Shown here: one piece after another, positions 49,552-60,238 of the stretch
Numbering within the stretch: position 1 is the stretch's first letter
Layout: each line of letters begins with the position of its first letter
Origin: Desulfatiglandales bacterium
Lineage (GTDB): Bacteria; Desulfobacterota; DSM-4660; Desulfatiglandales; Desulfatiglandaceae
Direction: 5' to 3'
DNA length: 64,000 nucleotides
Assembly (NCBI GenBank): GCA_963666345.1
Contig: OY762721.1
Location: forward strand, 1,888,001 to 1,952,000
Translations under genes and position numbers: made by a program
The notes under the pieces: generated by a model
What the model was told of the DNA's origin: nothing
Database searches by the model: none
Seen by the model: only the letters and a program-made list of their open reading frames with translations

Positions 49552-51534
49552 TTACTTGGATGAAAATACTATTTTCGTCTTTATATCAGATGGGCTATCT
49601 TTTATTAAAACCTCAAGAACAGGTATTTTACTCTTTTTCATATAATATCTGGACTCCCACCCATCAGTAAGTTTTAGTTTTAAACTAGGGATAGAATCAC
49701 TTGTTAGCTCTATGGAAATGCCATTACCGAAACAAACATTGCCTTGCAATCTCCACTCTCCTGGTTCTAGACGCCACCGTAAGATTGCATCACTTTTAAA
49801 TCCAGATAACGTATCCGTTATTTGCCAACAATTTTGCTTTACATTAACGGACCTTTCCTGTCTGCATCCCATAGAATCAGTGTATGCTCCCGCCCAGGAT
49901 AGATACCCGCGGTGATAAGTTAAAGGCTCTATAGTTCTTCCTTTTGTCCATTTTCCCCATAGAAATCTAGATATTCGGGGCATCTGGTCGTGCCCATCAA
50001 ATTCAACTGTGTTATGGCTTTTTGTGCCCGGAAAGTAGCTTCGCCAAGGTTCAAGACAATTATAGCTGTATGAGCCACCATCTCTTAAAATATTTCTTCC
50101 CTTATACCAAAGATCTAGATGTAGAGCATCGGCATGTGCCGGACGAAACCGGAAATTTGGCAATCGTGCTACTCCCCAAGAATGATCCGAATGTAAAATT
50201 ACAAAACCACCATGCTTTAATGTTTGTGATTTCTTTTCTAATTCAGGTGAAAATCCTTCAATGTTGCTCAAATTAAAGTAATTAAGAACTTCATCCCACG
50301 ACCCTTTATCATATGCTCTACTATTAAAAAAAATGGCAGCCCCTAACTGTACTGAAGGCCTAAAATCCCTGAAACCACAAGAAGTTAAATTCAACAATAC
50401 GGCCCCATCATTAGCTCCTATGTTAGGTGCATCCCCTGAAGCAGCATCGACCATTTGAAACAACCAGTTTACTGCTGCTCGCGCTTTACGATAAAATCCA
50501 ACGGAAAAATTATCCATTCCAAGGTGCATCTGCCAAACTTTTACGATACTTAATGTATCAACAACTAACCTATGATAATTAACGGAATGCTGGGGAAAAG
50601 ACCCATCATCTGCGACCAACCGGGCAACACGGTTTTCGAGCCAAAATCTTCCTTTTTTCTCCCATTCTAAAGCCTTTCTTAGCAACTCTCCGTCATCAAC
50701 CACGTGCTGCCTTAACCACCCACCACATATAAATAATGCAGCAGCCTCGCTTGTTCCATGGTTGTTATCCTGAGACATAGCATAGAAAATTGTCGGCGCT
50801 ATACGCCCGCAATGTTCTCTGACAAAATAAACTAAATCCTTTGTGGGCGATCTGTCTTGCCCTAAAAGATATGCAGATAATAAAATATTTAACACCCGAA
50901 TTGATGCTTCTTGACCACATTTCCAGTTTGGTCCCCGGTTCAACGGATTTTTATTTGTCCAGTCACTTGACCATTTATTTAATGCCGAAAGGTATCTTTC
51001 GTCCCCGCTTACTCGATATGCCCTTGCAAAAACCAGCGCCCAGTCAAACCGCGAGGCCTCCCAGACGATCTTGATGTCCCCCACTTTATCGCTAAAGTCA
51101 GGCAGGCTTGACCAGTGCAGATCGGTATCAGGATATCTCTTTTGATGTAAGGGATTAAAAAACCAGTCAGGAGGAGAACCGACATTATATGGCTGATCTG
51201 AAAAATAAAGGATATTCCCTTTAAGCTGAGCCTCAGCAAGATCAACAACATCGGATTCCAATACAGGGCAGGATAAGTCTTTGGTTGAATGAGAAGAGCC
51301 ATGAAACAACGGATCATGATACCCATCCCCTGCGGGCATCACCTTTTTGATCAATCCACAGCCAAGCGCCAGCCTGTACCCCGCCACATTCGCAACATTT
51401 GCAAGCCCTAATCTGGGCAGAAGAGGCAGTAATAACCTTGCCTTGTTAAACGTTCGCAAACAAGCACTCCACAATCCGCTCCGCCGTTTTTCCATCCCAT
51501 TTCTCCGGCGTTTTGCCTTTTGGTCTTGTGCCAT
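49552..51534 (-). CDS. Heparinase II/III-family protein
   Basis: WEASRF, NNHGTSE, QHSVNYHR, HADALH, DGGSYSY, SHNTV; start uncertain. Confidence 0.88.
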   Translation of the reverse strand: MAQDQKAKRRRNGMEKRRSGLWSACLRTFNKARLLLPLLPRLGLANVANVAGYRLALGCGLIKKVMPAGDGYHDPLFHGSSHSTKDLSCPVLESDVVDLAEAQLKGNILYFSDQPYNVGSPPDWFFNPLHQKRYPDTDLHWSSLPDFSDKVGDIKIVWEASRFDWALVFARAYRVSGDERYLSALNKWSSDWTNKNPLNRGPNWKCGQEASIRVLNILLSAYLLGQDRSPTKDLVYFVREHCGRIAPTIFYAMSQDNNHGTSEAAALFICGGWLRQHVVDDGELLRKALEWEKKGRFWLENRVARLVADDGSFPQHSVNYHRLVVDTLSIVKVWQMHLGMDNFSVGFYRKARAAVNWLFQMVDAASGDAPNIGANDGAVLLNLTSCGFRDFRPSVQLGAAIFFNSRAYDKGSWDEVLNYFNLSNIEGFSPELEKKSQTLKHGGFVILHSDHSWGVARLPNFRFRPAHADALHLDLWYKGRNILRDGGSYSYNCLEPWRSYFPGTKSHNTVEFDGHDQMPRISRFLWGKWTKGRTIEPLTYHRGYLSWAGAYTDSMGCRQERSVNVKQNCWQITDTLSGFKSDAILRWRLEPGEWRLQGNVCFGNGISIELTSDSIPSLKLKLTDGWESRYYMKKSKIPVLEVLIKDSPSDIKTKIVFSSK

Positions 51535-52552
51535 TCAATATTTTTTCGGCCGCAGCAAGTATACTGTCCGGTTTATTTCCCACAATTACATTTGTCCCGA
51601 TTTCGCAGGTAATCGGCCTTTCCGTGTTCTCTCTCAGTGTGATGCATGGAATGCCCAAGACAGTAGTTTCTTCCTGCAATCCACCGCTGTCGGTAAGCAC
51701 CATCTTCGCATGCATATTAAGGTGCAGAAAATCCAGATAACCCAATGGAGAAGTAGTCCATATCCCTTCCGCCTTTTCACCATCAGAAAAATAGTGGGAA
51801 AGCCCAAAAAGATCGGCCATCTTTCTCGTCCGGGGATGAATGGGAAAGACAATCGGGAGTTCCTTAGCGATTTGAGACAATGCTTCTAAAATCCCCCCCA
51901 AGGTATCTTTATCATCCACATTAGACGGGCGGTGAAGTGTAAGTGTGGCAAATTTTCCAGGCTCAAGCTCCAGCCTGTCTGCAAGATCAAGTTTCGCAGC
52001 TGCTTTTTTATGCTTCATGAGGGTATCGATCATCACATTACCCACGAAAAAGATCTTCTCTTCGGGTATGCCTTCACTCCTGAGGTTTTCGTTTGCAATG
52101 AGATCCGTGGTAAAGAGATAGTCACACAAAACATCTGTGCAGAGACGATTGATCTCTTCGGGCATTGACATATCCCTGGAACGCAGGCCGGCCTCCACAT
52201 GAGCCACCTTAATGCCCAGCTTCTTGGCGGTAATGGCACAGGCCATGGTGGAATTTACATCACCCACCACAATTATCAGATCAGGGTTCTCCCTGATGCA
52301 GACCTTTTCAAACTCAACCATAATTTTAGCGGTCTGCACTGCATGTGTACCGGAACCAACCCCAAGGTCAATATCCGGCTTTGGCATGCCAAGATCATCA
52401 AAAAAAGCCTTGCTCATCTTTTGATCATAATGCTGGCCTGTATGCACCAGCATCTGATCTATCCGGTCAGGATAACGATTCATTGCCTCGATAATCGGAG
52501 CAATCTTCATAAAATTTGGCCTAGCACCGACAATATTTAAAATCTTCATCAT
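51446..52552 (-). CDS. wecB: UDP-GlcNAc 2-epimerase (non-hydrolysing)
   Basis: GARPNFMK, HTGQHYD, HVEAGLRS, TDSGGLQEE, NTERP. Confidence 0.95.
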   Translation of the reverse strand: MMKILNIVGARPNFMKIAPIIEAMNRYPDRIDQMLVHTGQHYDQKMSKAFFDDLGMPKPDIDLGVGSGTHAVQTAKIMVEFEKVCIRENPDLIIVVGDVNSTMACAITAKKLGIKVAHVEAGLRSRDMSMPEEINRLCTDVLCDYLFTTDLIANENLRSEGIPEEKIFFVGNVMIDTLMKHKKAAAKLDLADRLELEPGKFATLTLHRPSNVDDKDTLGGILEALSQIAKELPIVFPIHPRTRKMADLFGLSHYFSDGEKAEGIWTTSPLGYLDFLHLNMHAKMVLTDSGGLQEETTVLGIPCITLRENTERPITCEIGTNVIVGNKPDSILAAAEKILNGTRPKGKTPEKWDGKTAERIVECLFANV

Positions 52553-52593
52553 AATGTTTTATCTTTGCGTTTTTGCGCCTTTGCGTGAGACAT

Positions 52594-54789
52594 TTAATTC
52601 ACCTCCACCCAGCGCCCTTCTCTCAGCGATTCAATAGCACCAAAACTCGCCCTGGTAGTATTTACAATCTCCCCAAAAGGAATCATAGTCTTACCGCCAT
52701 TCTTCACCCGATCAATCAGCAGTCTGAACTGCTCGGAATGCCCTTTGCCCTGCTTTTTCTTCAAACGTGAAAAACCTTTAAACCCAAATCCTGTTAATGT
52801 CCGCCAATTGTCCAAAACAAGAGAGCGTCCCTGGGAGTGAACCTCAATGCGCTCCTTAGAGTAGGCTTTATTACCGTTGGCAAAATAATTGATCACAGCG
52901 TTAGAACCATTCTCATAGCGCAGCATAATACTTGCATTGTCGGTATTCTCCTCAGGTGATGTCCCCATTGCATTCATGCATACCGCAACAACCCTGCTTC
53001 CGGTCAGATAAGTACACAGATCAATAAAATGGCACGCTTCACCAACAATGCGGCCACCACCAACCGCAAGATCATGTACCCAGGAATTGGCAGGGATTTC
53101 TCCTGCATTCACAGTGGCCACAATATTTACCGCCCCCATACCAATCAAGGACTTCATCTTCCGGGCAAGCGGAGCAAACCGCCTGTTGAACCCAACCATA
53201 AGAATAGGATTTAAGTTTGAAGATTCAGGTTTTAAATTAGAGGTTTCAGAGCTATCTTTATCCCCACGTAAATCATAAAACCTAAAACTTAAAACTTCCT
53301 GAATTTCATCCAACTCATTCAAATTCAGGCAAAGTGGCTTTTCCACAAAAACATTCTTACCGGCCTTCAAAGATTCAATAACCATAGAGGCATGCAAATC
53401 ATGCCTCGTAGTAATCATAACCAGATCAACATCATCATCTTCAAGCACCTGCTTATAATCAGTTGCGGCACAGGCAAATCCTGCTCGCTTTGCCAAAGCA
53501 CCGGCAGACAATCCCCCGGCAGAAACAATATATTTAAGCTGTACGTCAAGTGGTTTCAGGACCGGAACAAGCGTAGCACTTGCAAAATTGCCAGCGCCGA
53601 TAACAGCTATAACCCCTTTTCCTTTACTGAAAGATCGCTCGGCTACTGTTATCACCGGACTTGTATCAACGTTGCCTTCATAAACCAGCAAAGATGCAAT
53701 AGAGGAAGAGCCGCTCATGTTTTCATAAATGCGGCTGTACTCTGATAGAGGAACCCGCTCTGTAATCAACGAATCCACGTCAAGCTGCCCGCTCTCTATT
53801 GCGGAAAGAATTGCTTCGAAATTGCGTTTTTCAGTCCAGCGAACAAAGGCAACCGGATAGTCCTGCCCTTTTTGTTCATAATTATCATCATAGCGTCCCG
53901 GGCCATAGGAGCATGACACCTGAAAGCTCAATTCCTTCTCGTAAAATTCCGCACGGGAAATATCAAGACCCACAACCCCGACCAGGACAATACGCCCCCG
54001 CTTGCGACTCATGCGAGCGGACTGGGAAATGATTTCATTGCCTTTGGCTGACGCGGTAATCAGCACAGCATCAGCGCCAATCCCATTGGTCTGTTCCTCC
54101 ACAAACCTGACCTGATCTGTCCCTCCAGCCGGATTAACAGCAATAATGCCAAGCTTATTAGCAATATCCACCTTTGACTGATCATAATCAAACCCAATCA
54201 CCCGACACCCATTGGCCCTGAGAATCTGCGCTGCAATAAGACCTATCAACCCAAGTCCAATAACAACAACCGTCTCTCCAAAGGCCGGCTTAAGAAGACG
54301 AACCCCTTGCAGCCCGACAGCTCCGATCACTGTAAAAGCCGCCTGATCATCAGTGACCCCATCAGGAATCTTAGCACAAAGATTTCCAGGCACGCACACA
54401 ATCTCCGCATGCGGCCCATTACTAACAACCCTATCACCTTTCTTAAAACCTAAAACTTGACCCTTAAAACTGTCGGCAGTGTCGATGACGCGCCCGACAT
54501 TGCAATACCCAAGCGGCAAAGGCTGACCCAGCTTATTAAAAACAGCTTCCACAGTCGGCAACAGTCCATCGCTTCGGATCTTGTCGAGTACCATCCTGAC
54601 CTTATCCGGTTGCTGACGGCCCTTTTGTATCAAACTTGCATGGCCGAATTCCACAAGCATCCGTTCTGTTCCAAGAGAAATAAGGGAACGGGAAGTTTGT
54701 ATCTGAACGTGGCCTGCCTTTACTTGCGGAGCGGGAAGTTCAATAAGCTCAGTCTTTCCATTTTTTAAATTTTGCATAATCTGCTTCAA
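52594..54789 (-). CDS. Bi-domain oxidoreductase (Zn-ADH plus Gfo/Idh/MocA)
   Basis: PLPLGY, GLGLIG, SYGPGRYD, GAGNFA, VEKP, VGFNRRF, GEACHFID. Confidence 0.92.
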   Translation of the reverse strand: MKQIMQNLKNGKTELIELPAPQVKAGHVQIQTSRSLISLGTERMLVEFGHASLIQKGRQQPDKVRMVLDKIRSDGLLPTVEAVFNKLGQPLPLGYCNVGRVIDTADSFKGQVLGFKKGDRVVSNGPHAEIVCVPGNLCAKIPDGVTDDQAAFTVIGAVGLQGVRLLKPAFGETVVVIGLGLIGLIAAQILRANGCRVIGFDYDQSKVDIANKLGIIAVNPAGGTDQVRFVEEQTNGIGADAVLITASAKGNEIISQSARMSRKRGRIVLVGVVGLDISRAEFYEKELSFQVSCSYGPGRYDDNYEQKGQDYPVAFVRWTEKRNFEAILSAIESGQLDVDSLITERVPLSEYSRIYENMSGSSSIASLLVYEGNVDTSPVITVAERSFSKGKGVIAVIGAGNFASATLVPVLKPLDVQLKYIVSAGGLSAGALAKRAGFACAATDYKQVLEDDDVDLVMITTRHDLHASMVIESLKAGKNVFVEKPLCLNLNELDEIQEVLSFRFYDLRGDKDSSETSNLKPESSNLNPILMVGFNRRFAPLARKMKSLIGMGAVNIVATVNAGEIPANSWVHDLAVGGGRIVGEACHFIDLCTYLTGSRVVAVCMNAMGTSPEENTDNASIMLRYENGSNAVINYFANGNKAYSKERIEVHSQGRSLVLDNWRTLTGFGFKGFSRLKKKQGKGHSEQFRLLIDRVKNGGKTMIPFGEIVNTTRASFGAIESLREGRWVEVN

Positions 54790-54804
54790 ATATCTATCCT
54801 TGTG

Positions 54805-55917
54805 TTAAGTTTCTTTAGACGATAAAGCATCAAGAATTTTTGACCAGACATGATTGATATCGTGATGCAAAAAAATGTGTTTTTGTGCCTTTTTCCCAAT
54901 TTTGTTCCTGAGTTCAGGCTGTTGGCTTAATTCTATTATGGCTTGCCCTAATGCAGAAACATCACCAGGCTCAATTAAACGCCCCATATTTTCATCAATG
55001 ACAAGTTCAGGAATTCCACCAACTCGGGTCGATATTACAGCTTTTCCTGCCGCCATTGCTTCAATAAGTGAATTAGGCATTCCCTCAACATGCGATGGCA
55101 AAACAAATATATCCGTTTTTTGCAAAATAGCCTCTTTTTCGTCCCCACTTACCCATCCACGAAAATCAAAAAAGCATGATAGCCCTAATTCTTCAATATA
55201 TTGTTGAACTATATTGAATTGATCACCCTTTCCACAAATAATAAATTGAATATTCTGCATTTCATTTTGCCGTTTACTTACAGCATTAACGAGGTCATAA
55301 ATACCTTTATTGCATTCTATCCATCCCAAAAAGAGAACATTACAATTTTCTTTTTTCTCAGTAATATTCAATTTTAAATAAGAAGTACAATTAATCCAGT
55401 TTTTAATAACTACAAAATGATTATCAGAAAGATTTGAGATGGATTTATAAAAAACATACCAGCTGTGACTTTGACATAATATCATATTGCATCTACATAA
55501 CACAAACGGGATATACCATTTCATAAACCTTGACTTTCTAATTGTTAAATGGATTTTACCGCTACGGGGAGCAAAAACCACCCATTTACGACAACAGTGA
55601 GCCCAAAGAGCCATTAATCCTTTTTCAAAAAAACTAAATCCAGCGCTTGCGAAAATTAAGGTACCGTCAATTTCTTTTTTGGGTATGATTGTCAAAAACA
55701 AGTAACCGCGTTTTAACGCAAGAAATAAACGTCGCCAAATTGGAGGCGGTGGCAAAGATTCCATTGTCGAATCAATGGTAATCCAATTTATATAACCTGA
55801 AATTTCACTTTCTATTAAGGTCTTACATGCGTATAGTTGCCCTCCCACAGCACCATCACCTGCTTTTTCTTTAAAAGCACCAACAAAGACGATATTTTTT
55901 TTATTACAAATATTCAT
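54805..55917 (-). CDS. Glycosyltransferase family 4
   Basis: FVLPSHVEGMPNSLIEAMA, VGGIPE. Confidence 0.92.
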   Translation of the reverse strand: MNICNKKNIVFVGAFKEKAGDGAVGGQLYACKTLIESEISGYINWITIDSTMESLPPPPIWRRLFLALKRGYLFLTIIPKKEIDGTLIFASAGFSFFEKGLMALWAHCCRKWVVFAPRSGKIHLTIRKSRFMKWYIPFVLCRCNMILCQSHSWYVFYKSISNLSDNHFVVIKNWINCTSYLKLNITEKKENCNVLFLGWIECNKGIYDLVNAVSKRQNEMQNIQFIICGKGDQFNIVQQYIEELGLSCFFDFRGWVSGDEKEAILQKTDIFVLPSHVEGMPNSLIEAMAAGKAVISTRVGGIPELVIDENMGRLIEPGDVSALGQAIIELSQQPELRNKIGKKAQKHIFLHHDINHVWSKILDALSSKET

Positions 55918-55983
55918 AGAGAATACATGTTACTCCATAAAGCAAAATTCAAAGACAGAGAAACCAATTGAAATATCGCCAAC

Positions 55984-57072
55984 TCAATCTTTGTCAATTC
56001 GATTCTTTATTCCAGGCGCGAATGGTTGTTCGTATATGTATTTCTCATGGTTAAAACTTGGATCTAAGCTTTTATTGGCAACAATGCTCACCCAACCAGC
56101 TCGTGAATTCGTAACAACAATGTTCCAAAGGTGTTCTTTGAGAAACCACTGAAATATATCTTTTGCCCTGTAGTGATGAACAATTTTTGTTGCATAAGTG
56201 TCATGAGTATCGACCATAGACCATATCACGGGTAAATGACGATAGCAGGTTGATGGGAGGCAATAACGGACATATCTTAAAATTGGAATTTTATTTATCG
56301 CATGGAGGATTAGCACAACTGATTTACAATAGGACAAAAATATTGAACTTGGAATTCTTGTGGTTACTGTCCTAAAAAGTTCACAACGCCATACATTTAA
56401 TGCCCAGAGAAGTTCAAGCGTAGCAACCTTAATTGAATTACGATTGGGTCTAGCATATAGACTTATGTCGTAAAGACTGACCGCGATACTTCCCTGGGCC
56501 TTAATTAACTTTGCTAAATTCCGGAATCCAGCCTCAGGGTCTGGGGTGTGATGGAGAACCCCAATTGAATAGCCAAAATCAAAGCATTCTTTTCGAAATG
56601 GCGGCGAAAATATATCTCCCTGGACAAATAGAACATTTTTTCTATCAGCCAAATTATCTTGTGCAGCATCAACTGCATCTGTTGCATCCAAGCCTACAAC
56701 TAACTTTGTGGAGCGCTTAGAAGCAACATCAACAAACCTACCGGCACCAGAACCGAACTCAATAATCGTTCTCCCTTTAAGCTCCTCTTTTTGCCAACCA
56801 ATCTCGGAATCAAATCGGATGGCCGATTCATGCGTCCTATCAGTATCGATTTGAGATTTTGCAAACGTACGCCACTGAGGACCAAATGAATCTGCATAAT
56901 GTGTTGAGCGTGAGAATCGAGGAATATAATTTTCAATGGGGTAAGACGCATGGCAGCCTAAACAATTAATCGACCCCTCCCTGATTCGAACAGAAATATC
57001 ATTAGATTTAATTTCAAGAGCTTCTGAATCACACTTTGGGCATTTTAAAAGCTCTAAATATTCAATCCTCAT
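55984..57072 (-). CDS. Class I SAM methyltransferase with Trm112-like N-terminus
   Basis: CPKC...CLGC...YPI..YIPRF, EFGSGAGRF, SIGVLHHTPD. Confidence 0.88.
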   Translation of the reverse strand: MRIEYLELLKCPKCDSEALEIKSNDISVRIREGSINCLGCHASYPIENYIPRFSRSTHYADSFGPQWRTFAKSQIDTDRTHESAIRFDSEIGWQKEELKGRTIIEFGSGAGRFVDVASKRSTKLVVGLDATDAVDAAQDNLADRKNVLFVQGDIFSPPFRKECFDFGYSIGVLHHTPDPEAGFRNLAKLIKAQGSIAVSLYDISLYARPNRNSIKVATLELLWALNVWRCELFRTVTTRIPSSIFLSYCKSVVLILHAINKIPILRYVRYCLPSTCYRHLPVIWSMVDTHDTYATKIVHHYRAKDIFQWFLKEHLWNIVVTNSRAGWVSIVANKSLDPSFNHEKYIYEQPFAPGIKNRIDKD

Positions 57073-57097
57073 CTTGACAATTTCCTATATACTTCAG

Positions 57098-58990
57098 TCA
57101 AGCAAAACTCACAGAAACGCAATTGGCCCAAATCATAAAATTCAAAATTTTCCAAAGAAGAAAAGAACTATCTCGCTGGCGAGAAACATGATCTTTGTAC
57201 AATACTTGAACAGCAACACTGTCCATCACATCTGGATAGCTATTCTGAAATGTCTCTAACTGATCAAAGAAAAATGGCTTGAGTGCATGACGTAGCCAAT
57301 AGCCGTAAGGCACACCAAACCCAGTCTTTTTACCATAGAGGACATCATTAGGCACGACCCCTTCCAACGCCTTCTTGAGCAACCACTTTTTGTGACCAAG
57401 ATGCACCTTTTGGGGACCACTTAGACGCATGCAGAAGTCAACCACTTCATTATCCAAAAACGGCACCCGCGCTTCGACACTGGCAGCCATCGTGGATCGG
57501 TCTACTTTCTCCAAGAAAATATCGGGCAAGATAATCATGGAATCCACAAACAGCATTTGATTGACGGCATCCTCTTCTTTAAAATACTGCTGACACTGCC
57601 GATATCGTGCAAATGGATCAGACTTCCGAATTTCTCTTCGAAATTCAGGTGTGAATATCATAGTTAGGTCAGCATGACCGTCTTCTTCCGTAAGAAGCAA
57701 TGCCATGACGTCCGCCAAACCATCGGCCTTAAGGGCATTAATATAACGCTGGCGACGATAATGTTTCGCATTTCGAGGTGTGAACTGGTTTGCAACACCA
57801 CCAACTTTAGCGAGAAGGCATGCAATACGATAAAAACTCAATGTTGAATAGCGAGTGTATCCGCCAAAAAGCTCATCGCCACCATCGCCCTGCAAGACGA
57901 CTTTAGTGGTGTCACTGACCCTGGAACTGAGCAAATAGAGGGGTATGTTTGCCGCATCGGAAAATGGCATATCGTGGTGATCCACCATTTTTTCTACAAT
58001 ATCGGCAATCTCAAAGCCTGAAATATGGAGTTCATGATGATCGGTGCCGTACAATTGAGCAATTTTATTTGCCTTTGGCAGCTCATCATTACCTTTATCA
58101 AAATCAAAACCGACCGAATAGGTAGCCAATTTGCCTTTATAATGTCGCGAAGCAAAAGCCGTGATCGCACTCGAATCAATGCCGCCGGAAAGAAAAACTC
58201 CCACAGGGACATCGCTAACCAGTTGGCGCTTGACCGCCTGCTCCAACAGGGTGCGAGTTTGCGATATTCTCTCATCAACGGAACAGCTGTACTTGTCACA
58301 CCCCGAATATTGGGATGGACTCCAGTAACACTCAATTTTAGAACTGAACGTGGTCAAATCAAGTTCCAAATAATGGCCTGGCAGCAATTTATGGATTCCC
58401 TGGTAGAGTGTTCGTTCGCCAAGAGCAGTCCCATAATAAAGCCATTCATGAATCGCTGAAAGATCACACTGTGATGACTGCTCATCAAGAGCAAGTAAGG
58501 CCTTGATTTCAGACGCGAAGGACAGGCTGTCTTCATCTAAACGGTAATACAGCGGCTTAACCCCAAGCCGATCCCGAACCAGCCAAAATTTTTTCGCCTG
58601 CTTGTCATAAATGGCAAAAGCGAACATGCCGTTGAGCAGGTTGACCGATTTAATCCCAAGCTTTGCAAACGCACCAAGCACCACCTCAGTATCCGAATGG
58701 GAGCGAACATTATCAAGCCCAAGGGATTGAGCAAGATCCGCAAAATTATAGGATTCGCCGTTATAACAAATTACATGCCGACCATCTTCGGTCCGCATTG
58801 GTTGACTTGCCGCACCAGACAGGTCGAGGATACTAAGACGAACATGCCCGAGCCAAACACAATCGTCTGAGTATTCACCCTGCATGTCTGGGCCACGGTG
58901 ACGGATAGCCTCGATGACTTGCACCGTCTTGCCATCTGAAAAATCAAGCGCAACACCTTGTCGTACAACTTTGCCGGCGATTCCACACAT
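57098..58990 (-). CDS. asnB: Asparagine synthase-like glutamine amidotransferase
   Basis: MCGIAG, HRGPD, RDRLGVKPLYY, LSGGIDSS, GDGGDELFGGY. Confidence 0.93.
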   Translation of the reverse strand: MCGIAGKVVRQGVALDFSDGKTVQVIEAIRHRGPDMQGEYSDDCVWLGHVRLSILDLSGAASQPMRTEDGRHVICYNGESYNFADLAQSLGLDNVRSHSDTEVVLGAFAKLGIKSVNLLNGMFAFAIYDKQAKKFWLVRDRLGVKPLYYRLDEDSLSFASEIKALLALDEQSSQCDLSAIHEWLYYGTALGERTLYQGIHKLLPGHYLELDLTTFSSKIECYWSPSQYSGCDKYSCSVDERISQTRTLLEQAVKRQLVSDVPVGVFLSGGIDSSAITAFASRHYKGKLATYSVGFDFDKGNDELPKANKIAQLYGTDHHELHISGFEIADIVEKMVDHHDMPFSDAANIPLYLLSSRVSDTTKVVLQGDGGDELFGGYTRYSTLSFYRIACLLAKVGGVANQFTPRNAKHYRRQRYINALKADGLADVMALLLTEEDGHADLTMIFTPEFRREIRKSDPFARYRQCQQYFKEEDAVNQMLFVDSMIILPDIFLEKVDRSTMAASVEARVPFLDNEVVDFCMRLSGPQKVHLGHKKWLLKKALEGVVPNDVLYGKKTGFGVPYGYWLRHALKPFFFDQLETFQNSYPDVMDSVAVQVLYKDHVSRQRDSSFLLWKILNFMIWANCVSVSFA

Positions 58991-58991
58991 A

Positions 58992-60140
58992 TCATTTCAC
59001 CACAACGGTCTTGCCAGTGTGACACTCGACCAGTTTGGAGAATAAGGCCTCATACGCCGTAACCATCTTGTCTATTCCTAAATTAGCCTCGGCATATTCC
59101 TTAGCATTGCGAGAGAAATTAAGCCATTCCTCCCAATTGAGGTTCGTCATTTTGTTAATTGCATCCGCAATACTTTCAGGATTGTTTGGATCGAAAAGAA
59201 AGCCCCTTTCACCATCGCTGACCAACAAAGGGTGGTCACAAACATTAGAAACCAGTACTGGCCTTCCAGCCGCCAATGCTTCGCAGATAACATTGGGTAG
59301 GCCCTCGTAAAAAGAGGGGTGGATCAATGCATGGTGTTCTTGAAGCAACGTTGGCACATCGGAACGTTCTCCAAGCCACTTCCAGCATTTTTTGACTTCG
59401 GGGAATGAATTGAGTAGTTCATCAACTTGTTGGCAGTATTCTTCGCCCATGGGAGTCGCTGTTCCTCTTCGGCCTACCCAGCTTACCGACGGGACCCAGC
59501 CGTAGGTTTGATGAAATATATGCAGCGCTCTTATCAGACTGATCAAGTTTTTCCCGACCCCGATTCGTCCCACGGCAATCAGTTTCATATCTTTTTTTTC
59601 ACGTAGAGGAAAAGGCAAACCTGAATAACACCCAACATCCAATCCATTGTAAATGGTAGTCACTTTCCCCTTTAACCAAGAATATTTCTCCTCCAGCCAT
59701 TCTCTATGGTTGTTCGAGTTGGTGACTAAATGATTCGCCATCCGATGAAAATTGCATCTGATCACTGCACTTATAACACCTTTTTCTCCAAGATGGCTGC
59801 TCCGTTCGCTCACAATGAATTTAGTGGAGGGCGAAAATAAACTGCTAAGTTCAGCATAAATATTCGGGTTGTCCAAGAACGAAATTACTATATCGTAGTG
59901 ATTATTTCTGATCAAACCAATCAGTTGTCCGATAAGCCCTAATGAGAATCCTCGACCTTTATTAAATTCATGCACCGGTATGGCAAGTTCTTCAACCTTT
60001 TTTCGGAAAAACGAGAATTGAGGGAAATAGATAAAAAGACTGACATGATGCCCGCGCTGTTTAAGCCCACATACCAGAGTGACCATTTGCCTTTGGGCAC
60101 CTCCAGAACCAAAACTATCGATGACACACAAAATCCGCAT
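58992..60140 (-). CDS. Glycosyltransferase family 4
   Basis: GSGGAQRQ, HPSFYEGLPNVICEALA. Confidence 0.92.
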   Translation of the reverse strand: MRILCVIDSFGSGGAQRQMVTLVCGLKQRGHHVSLFIYFPQFSFFRKKVEELAIPVHEFNKGRGFSLGLIGQLIGLIRNNHYDIVISFLDNPNIYAELSSLFSPSTKFIVSERSSHLGEKGVISAVIRCNFHRMANHLVTNSNNHREWLEEKYSWLKGKVTTIYNGLDVGCYSGLPFPLREKKDMKLIAVGRIGVGKNLISLIRALHIFHQTYGWVPSVSWVGRRGTATPMGEEYCQQVDELLNSFPEVKKCWKWLGERSDVPTLLQEHHALIHPSFYEGLPNVICEALAAGRPVLVSNVCDHPLLVSDGERGFLFDPNNPESIADAINKMTNLNWEEWLNFSRNAKEYAEANLGIDKMVTAYEALFSKLVECHTGKTVVVK

Positions 60141-60238
60141 AAAAAATCATAACCCTTTTTAACAATCCAAATAACTTTGATGAGCATCACTGAGAGAAAA
60201 GCAGATATAACTGCTTGCACTCTTTCTTCTTCCGTTTA

